A stretch of 64,000 nt of DNA from Paraspadella gotoi (lineage: Eukaryota > Animalia > Chaetognatha), in assembly GCA_051294375.1 (NCBI GenBank), contig CM119265.1, positions 3,975,025-4,039,024 on the forward strand, read 5' to 3'. This document shows positions 1 through 35,077 of this stretch, in pieces. A program made the position numbers and the translations under genes. The notes beneath the pieces were generated by a model. That model searched no databases. It saw nothing but the letters and a program-made list of their open reading frames with translations, and was not told where the DNA came from. Each line of letters starts with the position of its first letter. Within the stretch, counting starts at the first letter, position 1.

Positions 1-1956
1 GGGAATTCCCGGCCGAGTCTCCCGCCGGGATTCCAGACGCTCCATCTTCCGAACAAACGTCAACTTCGCAACTCCAATGACGCGAATTACCAGAAAATAG
101 TTGTTTCGTGGCAAAAATGCAAATAGTTTTTTGTTTTTAAGATCGGTAAAGAAAAGTTTTTCATTGATTTTCACTTTTTTTAGTTTTGAGGTGAAGCGTC
201 ACCCAAAGGATTTTCGGATCGAACTTTGAAACTGATAAGACGAGACCACGTTTAATAATTCTGCAGCGATCATTCCAAATCTCGCCCAAAAAACAAACTG
301 GATTGGGTTATGACTTGTGTCATTCGTTGAATTGGAACCAGGTACAATCGTGAAAAATCTATGAAATTAGTACAACCCATATAAAATTATCAATTTACTA
401 TCTATATTCTATAAGCTATCTTGCCGTTGACTTTGGATAAGCTTTGGCGGTTTAAGGCTTCCAACACTCTTACATGGCAGGTCTCTGCAAGCTTTTTAAA
501 AAAACTCTCACTGTCTCGTTTATTCACTCTCACTAAACCTGGCTTCCCTATCAATGAATTGTGCAAATAGTATTAGTTTAATGATGCCTTTTGTAGGTTT
601 TTTCATAGTAATTTCATTTTTTTCGCCACAAGAAATACAATTGTTCAAATGTCTCTCAGATGATTTAAACTTCACTTTTTTTCTTAGAATGTGTTCAGAT
701 TAATCAATGTTTTGTATGTATGCCATATGAATAAGAACTAGAAGAATTGACTTCATTTACCTGGCAATGGCTTATCAATATCGGTCGAAAAAAATTGCTA
801 AAACGCGATGGAATGAAAATATATTTTTTTGTATCTAATAGAACAAAAAACGCATTTCTTTTTTTTACAGCGTACAACAATTAAAAGTTTCTATACAGTG
901 TGTTTTGATTAGCTTTAATTCTTATTTCATTATGGACAATGTGAGAGCGCGAAGGCTTTCATGTTAGAAAAATGAATTCATATTTGTGTATATTTTTTTC
1001 ACCCCTTGGAAAAATTAAGGCGACTAGAACCAACGTTGACTAAATTACAAACATTGATATAATATCAAGACACTGGCTTTGTGATAATATACATATCGAT
1101 CGAGTAAAAGGAAAGACAGCATCATTGTTTTTGATTGATTTTCAATATTATTTGTTCTGGTTTTGTTTTTCTTTTGTTTTCTCGTCCCTGTTGTTTTGTT
1201 TTTAAATAGTATCATCACTCAAAACGCGGAAATCGCAACACAAAGCAAAGAAAACAAGTTTTTTTTATAAAGAGTTTAACAGCATGAATAGATGTTTTCG
1301 AGGAAATAAATAGTTGAACTAAAGACAAAATATTGTGCGCCATTTCTTCAATTTTTTTTAGTTTCATATTGCCCAGTGGAATCGGTACACTTAATAAAAA
1401 CAAAGACAATTAATTCATGCGTCAAACAAAGGAACACCATGCTGCTGAATAGATTAAAAAATGGCAAAAAAAAGGGAAAAAATTTCGTGTTATTCGCAAT
1501 CGTTTGTTTGTTGTTTTCGTAAAAAAAAAATTTTCAACAAAAAACGACGCGGAAAAAAAAAACAGAAAGACCGCAAGCGCCTCGGCTAAGCGCATCGTTT
1601 TGTAGTTAATGTTTCGATGTATAAATATAGTATATATAGGCGAATAAGACATGAGACCTCCGGACGTATATAGTACAACTTCGTCAAATATATAAACTTT
1701 TTTTTTGAAAGTCGCATTTGAAATGAAGTTTGTCGGTTTGCAATTTAGGCTCAGGAAGACAGAAAAAAGAATTCTGGGATAATTGGTGAGTCAAACCTTC
1801 AGCTCTAGAGATTCCTCTTTCCGCCATAACATTTAAACAAAAAATTATAAAATAAAATTGAGTAATTAAATTTTACAGAGAATAACTAAAGAGAAATTAA
1901 ACTCTCCCCTTTCATGCTCGCGTCCAAAGTCCCCCCCCCCAAACTCAACCGACGCT

Positions 1957-23981
<22,025 letters not shown>

Positions 23982-24610
23982 CTTGACTGTGATTCGAGTT
24001 TGTTTTTTTTTTATTAAAATTAAATCACAGAAAGATTAATTTCACTTTTCCGTCAAAAAGTTTTTTTGTCAAATTCGTCAAATGAAAATATTTCTACTTA
24101 TTTTTTTTTTCGTTTTATCCTTTGCGAAAAAAAATTAGTTTTTCGCTTCACTTAGACTTTGAAACTTTTTTGTGTCGTTTTTAATTTCGTTCGAGATATT
24201 TTTTTTTAAAAGTCGAAAAATTTACATTCCAGCTCGGATAATTTCAATTTTAAATTTCAGAGAAAGTTGTGGTTTTTTTTATTTGTTTTTGTTTTGAGTT
24301 TTTTAAGTCACTGTTTTATATTAATTTTTTTTCGGTTTCACGTTTTTTGTTTTTCGTTCGTTTCGTTTTTTTTTTGTTTTGTTTTGCTTTCGTTGCTTAG
24401 TTTTTTTCCACGTTTTTTGTTCGGCGCTTTTTTGTTTGTTTTTTGTTTATATTTAAAAATATGAAGAAAAAGTAAACTGATAAATCGGTTGAAGGCGTTC
24501 GTAGGTGAATTTTATTTAAAATCGGAGATACGAAAAAATAATATCTCTGTTTTTTTTTCTCCCTTCGCGTAGTTTTTAAGAATGAAAAAAAAATAACAAA
24601 AAAAAAAACC

Positions 24611-24895
24611 AACTAATCGGGTTGAGTATTTATATTTATTGTTGTGCTTTTTTCTCTCTTTCTACATAAAAGTAATATTAATAAAAAAAACGTTGGTTTG
24701 CTGTTGTTAATCTTTCGTCTTCGCCAAAATGATCCCCAAAGGAAATCCCCGCTCTTTTTTTCTTTTTTCTCCCTTTTATATTTTTTTCTTTTATTTTTTC
24801 GATGAGAATTCGGTTTGATGACGTCGTCGGGGAGAATTCGTCGCCGGGATTGGCCCGCCTGAAGGGAGAAAACGAAAGACGATTGGCTTAATAAT
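24611..24895 (-). promoter_or_regulatory. Probable filamin promoter
   Basis: CpG-rich patch upstream of the first exon with two CCAAT boxes (~24850, ~24884), a TGACGTC CRE-like site (~24820) and TATAAATA (~24627-24634). Confidence 0.45.
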
Positions 24896-24920
24896 CTTTT
24901 CACCCACAAGTTTTTTTTTA

Positions 24921-24985
<65 letters not shown>

Positions 24986-25074
24986 ACGATGATCTGGAAG
25001 AATCGGAATAGGAAGGGAGAGGAAGAGAGAGGACGAGGGAGAAAAATGAAGGAAGAAGAGAGATAAGAGAAATA

Positions 25075-26075
25075 TGGAATGAAATTATTAAAATGAAGAG
25101 AGTAAAATTAGGAAATTATAAAGATGAAGAGAGTAAAGTGAGGAAATTATAAAGATGAAGAGAGTAAAGGGAGGAAATTATTAAGTTGAAGAGAGTAAAG
25201 TGAGGAAATTATAAAGATGAAGAGAGTAAAGGGAGGAAATTATTAAGTTGAAGAGAGTAAAGGGAGGAAATTATAAAGATAAAGAGAGTAAAGGGAGGAG
25301 AGTTAAGAAATAAAAAGGGAAGAGAAGGAAAGAAGATAAAAAAAAAGAAAAAAAAAAGAAAATGAAAAGGAAAAGAAGAGAAGAGAAGAAGTTAAGGGAA
25401 GAGAAGAGAAGAGAAGATCAGAGAAGAGAAAAGAAGAGAAGAGAAGGAAAGATAAGATAAGATAAGATAAGATAAGATAAGATAAGATAAAAGAAGAGTA
25501 AAAAAGTTAAGAGAAGAGAAGATAAGAGAAGAGAAAAAAGTTAAGAGAAGTTAGGAGAAGAGAAGATAATAGAAGAGAAGAGAAGCGAAGTTAAGAAAGA
25601 AAAGAAAAGAAAAGAATTGAAAAAGAGGGGACATAAGAGTAGAGGACAGAAGAGAAGTGAGGAGAGAAAAAGTTAAGAGAATCGAAGAGAAGAGAATAAA
25701 AGAAAAGTTAAGAGAAGTTATGAAAAGAAAAGAAAAGAAAAGAAAAGAAAAGAAAATAGAAGAAAAATAAAAGAGAAAAGAAAAGAAATTAGGAGAAGAG
25801 AAGAGAAAAAAAAGAGAAAAGAAGATAAGAAGAAAAAAAAGAATAGCATACAAAAGAAAAGAAAAGAGAAAAAAAGGTAAAAAAAGGAAATAGAAAAGAG
25901 AAGTAAAGAAAAGTAAATAGAAGTAAAGAGAAGTAAAGAGGAAAGGCACAGAAGGGGAAGAAAAGAAAAGTGAAAAGAAGTAAAGAGAAGTAAAGAGGAA
26001 AGCACAGAAGGGAAAGAAAAGAGAAGTAAAGAGAAGTAAAGAGAAGTAAAGAGAAGTAAAGAGGAAAGGCACAGA
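25075..26075. repeat. Polypurine tract: ~30-bp tandem (gaggaaattataaagatgaagagagtaaag) then AAGAG/AAGAT/AAGTAAAGAG arrays
   Basis: Direct inspection; explains the F/L/S-rich ORFs on the minus strand. Confidence 0.9.
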
Positions 26076-26616
26076 AGGGGGTTCTGGGTTGAAGTGGGCG
26101 ACTATCGTGGGCGGCGGACCATGAGGCCCGATTTCTATCTCACGAGTCGAGACGAAACCAGTAACGTTCGTATTTTTTTGGATTTCGTCACAAGACACGA
26201 TTCACAGAAAATCTTCGTCGCTGGTCGTTCGTATTAAAAACTAAAATTCAATTCGAATAATGCTTTTTTTTTTCGGATTGTATTCTTCGTATCGGCCGAA
26301 TTGTGTAATCCGAGAGGGCAACGTGATGATGAGAGACTGACCGCAGCGATGAGAGAGAGAAGAGAGAGCCTGGATTCGTCCTTTACAGCCGTCTTCTCGT
26401 CGCCCCACACATCCAAGGGTCACCCCCCCATCGTCTCCTGACCCTCTTGCTCTCGTAATATAAAACCGCTGAAGTCCAGAAAAAGCCGATAGAGGCGTTG
26501 GTGGCGGACATCACTCCAGCACGCTGCGGAGATGATTGCTCTTCGAAGGTGAATCGAGTCTGTACAAACTGCAGCGCAGCGAGAGAGAGAGAGAGAAAAA
26601 AAAAAGAGAGAGAGAG

Positions 26617-26684
<68 letters not shown>

Positions 26685-27249
26685 ATAACCTTACTTAATT
26701 TTTAACCTAAGAAAATCCAATTTATTCCGAATTAAAAATGAAATGGGCCCAAAAAATAGAAAAAAAATAAGTCTTAATTGTCCGTTTGTGAACTGGAGAA
26801 TTACCTCCAAAACTAAACACAGGCCCTCGTCAGGCTCTAGATACTATAATTTCCTTCTCTCTAATCTCGTCCGGTCGGTTACCACTGGTCACCTTGCCAT
26901 CGCCTTGGCAATGAGAAGAATGTTATTGTATCGAGGGCCGGTGTTTCTTATGCTTCAGTTCGCTCATCCTTTCTTGCCGGTAATTTCGGTATAAATCTGT
27001 TTTCACTGTATTCAATCTAATCTAAGAATAAACTGTCTTTAAATTCTCACCCTGTAACCTGAGCTCCTCCGCTATCGTCATTCCAAACGTCGACCAAAAA
27101 ATCCTTCGTAGTTTCCGATTCTTTTGTTTTGATATTATAAAGGGCAGAATTTAATTTGGCCAGACTCGCATAGGCGGTCCATTTTGGGCGGGAATTTTGG
27201 GGATAGAGGGAAAGAGCCGAAGGGGAAATGTGAGTGGAACAATGGGTCT

Positions 27250-27290
<41 letters not shown>

Positions 27291-27313
27291 AGAGCGAAGA
27301 GAGGAGAGAGAGA

Positions 27314-27345
<32 letters not shown>

Positions 27346-27469
27346 AAGTAAGTAGAGAGAAAGAGACATTGAATTTACTTCATTCGCTTTTGCCGCAGGG
27401 TTGTTAAAAAAACAATTTGCTTCGTTTTAAAAACCCCTAAATCTATAAACGTTTCCCTCCGGTTAAACA

Positions 27470-27660
27470 ATTTTCCCGCCCGCAGGCTCGTGGGCTGAGT
27501 TTGCGGAAGAAACTTCCTCGGCGGAAGGGAGGTTCGTTACGTGTATGGCCGGTCACTTCCGGCGGTCCGGTTTGCTCGACGCTCGGTTTTTCCGTGGAAG
27601 CGTTAAATACGGCGTTTCGCGTGGACCTTTACTCGACTGACTTTGTTTGCAGAGTCCAGT
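27470..27660 (+). promoter_or_regulatory. CpG-rich promoter-like island of a possible divergent gene
   Basis: TTTCCCGC and TTTCGCG (E2F-like), several GGAAG/CACTTCCGG (ETS-like), TTACGT, TTAAATA; a candidate first exon follows. Confidence 0.4.
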
Positions 27661-27766
27661 GTTTCGGAACAAATTTTTAAATATCGCTGCGGAGTGAAAG
27701 AGAGAGAAAATTTGGGACGTCGTGAAAGTTGGTGAGAAGATTGAAAAAAAATAAAGGCTAAAATAA

Positions 27767-27799
27767 ATGAGTTGGCATCTGTACAGAATATCTGAGTCG
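27767..27799 (+). CDS. Candidate first coding exon (MSWHLYRISES) of an unidentified plus-strand gene
   Basis: aaataaATG...TCG|GTGAGT perfect donor just downstream of the promoter-like island; no homology recognised. Confidence 0.3.
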
Positions 27800-30700
27800 G
27801 TGAGTTTTTTCGATTTTAAACAGTTTATAAGAAGATTTTTAGATTTTGACAGTTTATAAAAAGATTTTTTTCTATATTGAATACTAACTTCTTTTGCTTG
27901 GAGTGGAGATAATGGAATGAAGAGCGCAGTGAAAAAAATTTTCCATTAATGTTCACTAAAACCAAGAAGTTAGAACATCAGATATTAATATTAAAAACGA
28001 AATTAGGATCATATCAAACTGAGGAAACGAAGAGACGAATAACAGGAAGAAACCAAGGACTTCTCAACCTGGCGGCTGTTCTGTAGCCAAAAATACGACC
28101 GTGCGAGGCGTGTCGTCCCCGCGGAGGGCAATGGAAAAAGTGGAAAAACAAAACAAACGTGAATCGAAGAAAGGAGGAAAAGGAAAGGAAATGGAAAGGA
28201 AGGGATAGAATAAAAAAAGGAGGAAAGAGTTTAAAAAAATCCTTTTGTTGACCTCCGTTGATTTGGATTTACCTTGAGAAAAGAATTTTTTGTATTTTCT
28301 TGAGGCTTGACTTATCAGGGGGAGTTTTTTTTTTATGGAATTAATTCTCTGGGATTGCCAGGATTTGATTGAGAACTTGAGTTTCCTCTTGGAAAAAAAC
28401 TTGTTTTGTTTATCTTAAAAACACAAATTGCGTGGACTTACTTTTTACGTGACTAGAATGAGAGACAATTAAAGCTCTTCTTTTAAGAGCGTCATGAAAA
28501 AAAATACCGACTGAGAGTCGCCAAGATGTTGTCGAAAAGGAAGGAAAAACGAACCTGCGGATTCGAAATAACAAATCCACGCTGAAAAAGAAAATTTTGC
28601 GAAGATGAAAACCGGCGAAGAAAAGACTTCGACTTCACTTCAAAACGAATGAAAGACCGAGAGCAAAGAGAGAAGCGAAACGATAATTTTTAATTCTCAA
28701 ATCTTTCCCAGAGCGCGTGAATTGAGAGCACGAAAAATTAAAGCGGACTCTAGTTGTTAAGAAAAATAAATATAACGAAACGGTTTTTGAAAGAGCGCCA
28801 AACGTTTAAATGTTTATCTACTTCATCTTCAGTTTGGCGTCCGTCAGTTGGTTTTCATTGGATTAAAAAAAAAACAAAACAAAAGCTTTTTAATTTCGTT
28901 TTCGGTGTCTTTTATTGCGATTTCGAACTCTAACGAAAATCAGTTTTTCTCATGTCACATCACGTGGGGGAAAAATTCTCTGATCCGCCGGTCCGTTGGC
29001 TCGGCGTGTGCCCATCGAAATGGCCGAAATGTTTTGGCGCAAAGGATTTCCCTCGTTTTTTTTTTTGGCGAAATGTAGTCAGAGCCGATGAGTGCGTCCG
29101 ATCATGGACAAAGGTTGTTTTAAGTTTGTTCACTGACGTGAACTGGTAGGTCTCCGGGTTTACAAAATAAAAAAAGAAAAAGACTGATAGAGGACGTAGA
29201 AGAAGATTGGAAATTAATGAGAGTCAGAAATTGTTTTAATATTTTCTATTCTCCTTGGTGGGGGAAGAAAATTAAAGGGTTGTTTTTTGGCAGGAAAATG
29301 TTTTGACTATTTCAGGGATACTCCAAAATTTGATGTCCAACACGCTTGGGCGAGCGAACACATACGAAGGAAAGAACAAACGGGACGATTTAATATTCTG
29401 ACTAAAAAAAGGTTCAAATGGTCGCTTATAAGTCCTTTTATCAATATATATTGGACACGAAGGAAAGACCGAAAATCGCGTCCGAGAACTGAGACTCGCG
29501 CGCGCGTGTCGAGAGGGAAGTAGCGCGGAAAGGAAAGGGGAATGGGGAAGAGACCGGGGAAAAGAGAGGGATGACCGTGGCTTTATAGAGGGGAGAACCG
29601 GGTGGAATGGAGGATAAGAACTGAGAAGGATGTGGAAGAACGGAGCGAAAAAGGAAGACGGGATAAAGGCGGCAACCCGGGAACGGTTGGGAGAAACCCG
29701 AGGAAAGGGACAAGGGAAACGGGAATAGAAAAGGAGAAACCAGGCGAAGGATAGGAGGATCAGGGGGAAGGCGAGGGAGAACCAGCCGGAAGAGAGGAAG
29801 AACCTTGGGGATTGGAAGGGAGGCAGAACGAGGAAATGGGAGGAGAAACGGGATTTAGAACCAAGGGAGGGTGGAAAAAGAAGACAGAAGAAAGACAAGC
29901 GAGGGAGAACTGATAGAGAACATGATTATGACCTTAGTTTAGAAGGAAGAATTGGGTCTTTGGGATGATGTAGAAGAGAATGGATGGAAGAGGAAACTGG
30001 AAATTGGTGGAGAGATTGGGAATGAAAATGAGGAGAAAAAAGATCAGGCGATTCCTGTTCGAGGATCCAAAGAATCGGGGGCGACGAAGAAACAGAGCTC
30101 AAGCCGGATAAACATCTTTTGCCTTCCAACTTACGGGTCGGGGTTCTGGCCCAGTTAAGTGGGACGGAGCTACAGGCTTGATTCAAAGCTTAGGTATCCG
30201 AACAGTTAGCTTTATTTCATTCTATATTCGTGATATTTTAAGATATCATAAATGGGCTTCTACTGGCTCCGCCCATATTCGTCGTAGCACTTCGGGACAC
30301 GCCCTGTCACGGACTTCGAACCCGAGGACACGAGGGCGTTATTGGTTTTAGGAGGAGATAAACACAAGAGAGCATCGTGAAACCGGAGAAAGCTAAAACT
30401 TTAATGGCTTTCTTGCAAATATCAGCCAAGTGTAAATGATTTACCTTGGCAATTTTTTCTTAAACCTTTTTCAGCGACATTTTTGTTTTATTTTTGTGAA
30501 ACGCGAATCGACTACTATTTCTTTGGGGGAAATCTTCGAGGTCGATAGAATTCTCTGTCTAAAAACAATAATAAATGAAACGCTTTTTAAAAAATTTGGG
30601 ACGTTGATNNNNNNNNNNNNNNNNNNNNNNNNNGAAGTTTCGCGAAATAGTAAGACCAGACGTAAAGATCAGTGAAGAAACTAAACTTGGGACTGAGAGG

Positions 30701-31369
30701 AGGAATCAATCTCTCTCATAACTAATAAATCAATCACTCAATCAGTCAATCAACTAATCACCCCATTAATTGAACAACAAATTAAAACATTAATCAATTT
30801 TACCGTTAACAAAAATTATGTTATCAATAAATAAATATTGATCAATTTATCTATCATTTATAAATTATTTAACGTTCCAGGACATTTTTGTATTATATCG
30901 AAGCATAATTCTTGGATTAAATTTCCAATTTTCTGATGAGAAAGCCAAATTTTGATTTCAGAACCTCGACCAAGAACCGTGAGACGCTCTGTAGGTAAAG
31001 GGTTCATGGGCTGCAGACGGTGTAGGCAATGGGGCATTGTATTGCATTGCACTCAAATCGAGGAATGGCTTCGCATCAGCTTCTCTCTCGCCTTCCAATC
31101 AAGGAGCTGCCGGTTGAGGCGTTTGCCTCGAGGCCAAGACGCTAGCAGACGGACGAACTGGCATACCTGGTGGAAGATGATGATGATGAAGATGANNNNN
31201 NNNNNGATGATGATAATTATGATAATGTTAATGATGATTGTACACCCAAACACTCGAAGATTCGGGTCAGGGTTCAGCCGAGTCTGAGCGTGAATCAACA
31301 CATCGAGTCTCAAGGAAATTGAGACGAAAAAACAGTTCGAAAATTTATATATATATATCTATCTCTATC

Positions 31370-31455
<86 letters not shown>

Positions 31456-33074
31456 GTTCGATCGCGAAGAGCAGTGCGTCTAGAAGCAGGATGCAGTTGA
31501 AAGCAAGACTGTTGAAAAGTAAAGAAGGAGGGGAAAGAGGGAGAGAAGGGAGATGAAAATAGGGAGAGAGAGGAAGGAGAAGAAAAGGGGGGAATCTAGC
31601 AAATTATTATGAAGAGGAAGAGAGGGAGGAAGCGAGGAAAGGATGAGAAGAATAGGAAGAGAAAAAAAAGTAAAAGATCCAGTCACTTCAATCTGGAGCG
31701 ATACAAAAACATTATTTTTTTATTTTTATTATTTTTATAACATTTATTAGTTATAAAACTACTGACATTTTGTTTTCTAATAATATAATAACAGTGTCTC
31801 TCAAGCGCGGAAGTCACTTTTCTTCATTTTTTTGTCCAAATTTTAACAGTTTTAACAATTCAATAATTTTTAACGCTGATTTTTGAAGTTATCTGATATA
31901 AAAATATAAATGTTTGGTAATAAAAAGTCATTTTGGCGATTTGTTATTATATAAAAAAAATTCCCTTGTAAAACCTAACTTATTTACTATGATACCAATT
32001 ATTTATCAGCAAAGTCGTCTTTCATAATATTCGATTACCCTATATTACGATTATTCGATTATTTTAAAAGTTTTTTCGTATCACTCCAGATTGAATTCCC
32101 TGTAGAAGAGAATTGATAGTAAATGAAGAAGAGGAAAATGTATAATAAATTGTATATAACCCCCCCCCCCAGCCTCCTCCAGGAAAAAAAATGGTATCCA
32201 TTGACGACGAATGTTATCTCGATACAAATCGGGCGGATTTGATCCGGCGGGGGAAGTCGGCCGGGGAAGCCGAAAAAGCAAGCCGATAGGGGATGCCGAT
32301 AGGGCGGACGAATGCCGGAAAATTAAGAGGCGATGGAAGGCTGGAAGGTGGGCTGAAAGAATCGGCGAGTCGCGGCTCTTGTTAGTTACGGATGAGCGGG
32401 GATGATCAGAATTGTGAGGAAGTAGTGGCTAAAGTCAGAAATGGTTGTTTAGAAATGATTTCAGGTGGTCACAGGTCAGGTTCTGTTTCTCACCGCCGAA
32501 GATTGTGTTTGGTTTCAGATGTCGGATACGGACAGATTTGGTCACAAATCGATAAATATTCTCTAAAATGCTCGGAGATGATTAGTTATTAGTTATTAGT
32601 TGATTACTTATGATCGGAGATTGTCATAGATGGTGATGGTTAAGGTCAGAGATAGTTGGCCGACAGTGTTTGAAAAAAACTCATTTGTTTTCAACATTTT
32701 TTTTTTATATTTCGGTTTTTTTTTAAATAATTTATAAGTTTTGTTGCAGATCGACGGATCGAAAAAAATCGTTGAGAAAAACAAAGTAAACAATGAGGTC
32801 ATTTATGTTGTTGCGTCGTCGTCGTCGTCGTCGTTGCAAAAATGATAGAAATGGAGACAATTTTAAAAAATTATAATGACTATGACAGAGACGACAACAA
32901 CTTGAAAATCGAGAACGATGTAACGATGATGATGATGATGATGATNNNNNNNNNNNNNNNNNNNNNNNNNTGATATGAGTGTCCGGTTCTACGTCATATC
33001 AATAGCTAGAATTTCGAATGTTAGAAAACACCCGAATGTATTTTAAGAGAAGAGAGGAGAGAGAGGGAGAGAGT

Positions 33075-33107
<33 letters not shown>

Positions 33108-33759
33108 AGAGAGAGAGAGCAGAGAGGAGAGAGAAGAGAGAGAGAGAGAGAGATAGAAGAGATAGAGATAGATATATATATATAAATTTTCGAAACTGTT
33201 TTTTTTCGTCTCAATTTTCCTTGACTCCGATGTGTTGGATTCCAGCCTCAGACCTCGGCTGAACCTGAACCCGAACTTCGAGTGTTTGGGGTGTATCACA
33301 TCATCATTAACATTATCATAATTATCATCAATCACATCATCATCATCTCATCATCATCATCTTCCACCAGTATGCCAGTTCGGTTCGTCTTGCTTAGAAA
33401 AAGGTCTTTGGCCTGAGTTGTCAACTGTGCCGCTCATATCGGCAGATCGATCATAGCTATTTTGTTTATATTACTTACTATACGTTAGAATAATAAATAA
33501 GGGCGACACCGTAAAAGAAATAGAAAAGACATTCAAACACAAAAAAATATTTCATGTAAAGGCAGTATGAAGAGTATTAAATACATATGAATTTTATTGT
33601 AGATTAAAAAGGCGATCCCTGAATGTTAGGTGTTTTCCTATTGAAAAAAAAATGTCAAACTGAGATTTAAAAAAAAAGCCCCCGCTTTCGGTATTTTGTT
33701 CCAAAGAAATCTGAGGGGGTTTTTTTTGGGGCTTTTTTTTTTTTTGGGTTTGACAGCCG

Positions 33760-33791
<32 letters not shown>

Positions 33792-34969
33792 ACCCCCCCC
33801 CCCCTCCCCCAAATCTTTTTTCGAAAAACGAGCGCCTTTTTTTTTTCCATTTTTCCAAGTACCTGGAGTTTTCTTAAGGACACCAGAGAAAGACGCAGCA
33901 AGAGAGGGGAGAATTGTTTAACAACTCTAAAAGGGAAGTCAGAAACACAGCGACGTTAGAAGACTAAGATTTCGCAAGCGAAACCCCAATCTAATAATTA
34001 GCATTATTTGGGCGCTATATGAAAATTTCGAACAGTCGCACAAATCCGTCCGTAAGTTTTTTCTACTTGTAATAAATGAATTCAAATTGTGCCGTGGTGC
34101 ACGAATGCGCAGGGAAGGTGAGCTAAGAGCACAAAACTTCTGTCATATTCCATATGAGGCATCCTCAACCACATTGGGAAATTAATCTTAAACCCATATT
34201 CTTTTGATGATAATCCGCTAAACCAACGATTCAAATTGCGGAGCGAGAAAAGCCGACAGGGCGATTGGCCAACGGGGAGCGTGCGAAGCAGGCGTCAAAT
34301 GGTAAACAGGCACGTAATTATTAAGTCTTTTGATGGTGCGTGTACTGTCTTGCACGCGGTTTCTAATAACAATATTATCGATCTCTAACTAAAAGTAGAA
34401 AACATCGGTTTCAACTGAAGGATGAGTAGTGTCAGTATCAAACTAATGAAGTAACATGTATCGACGAGGCCAATTCTTCTCGCGAGAGTTTATCAAAGTG
34501 CACACTAAGACAATTTATTGGGTATTATCTAACCTGGGTGATGCAATAAAAAATAATTCGTTTACCAAAATTAACGTAATAGATTTACTCAAAAATACGA
34601 GAGAGCGCAGAATGCTAATACATAACAAAATTTAATGAGAAGACGAAAAAAGCCACGAAAGGAATGTCCTGAGGAACGGTTTGAGAACACTTAAGTTATA
34701 AATGATAGATAAATTGATCAAATATTTTATTTATTTTGATACATATTTTTGGTTAACGAGTAAAATTGATTAACATGTTTTAAATTTGAGTTGTTCATTT
34801 AGGGAGTTGATTAGTTGGTATTGGACTGATTGAGTGATTTGATTTATTAAGTTAGTGAGAGAAGATTGATCCTCACTCTCATTCGCAGAGTTTAGTTTTT
34901 CATCTAAGGGGATTTTCGAGTCTGGTCTTACTATTTGCGCAAACTTCGGTGAATTATTAAGTCAGTGAA

Positions 34970-35029
<60 letters not shown>

Positions 35030-35038
35030 CTCTCTCTT

Positions 35039-35077
<39 letters not shown>

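Noticed and set aside
1-126. GC-rich open frames at the window edge as the end of a convergent gene
   Set aside because: Too short, two frames are open, and no homology is recognisable
25551-26198. 215-aa hydrophobic ORF, and many RERERE/LSLSLS/poly-Y/poly-D ORFs elsewhere
   Set aside because: Translations of microsatellite and polypurine tracts, with no coding signal
26779-30410. Solo-LTR-like segments (TATAAA/AATAAA at 26990-27030; tgtcacg end at 30305)
   Set aside because: No paired TG...CA ends, TSD or PBS could be established
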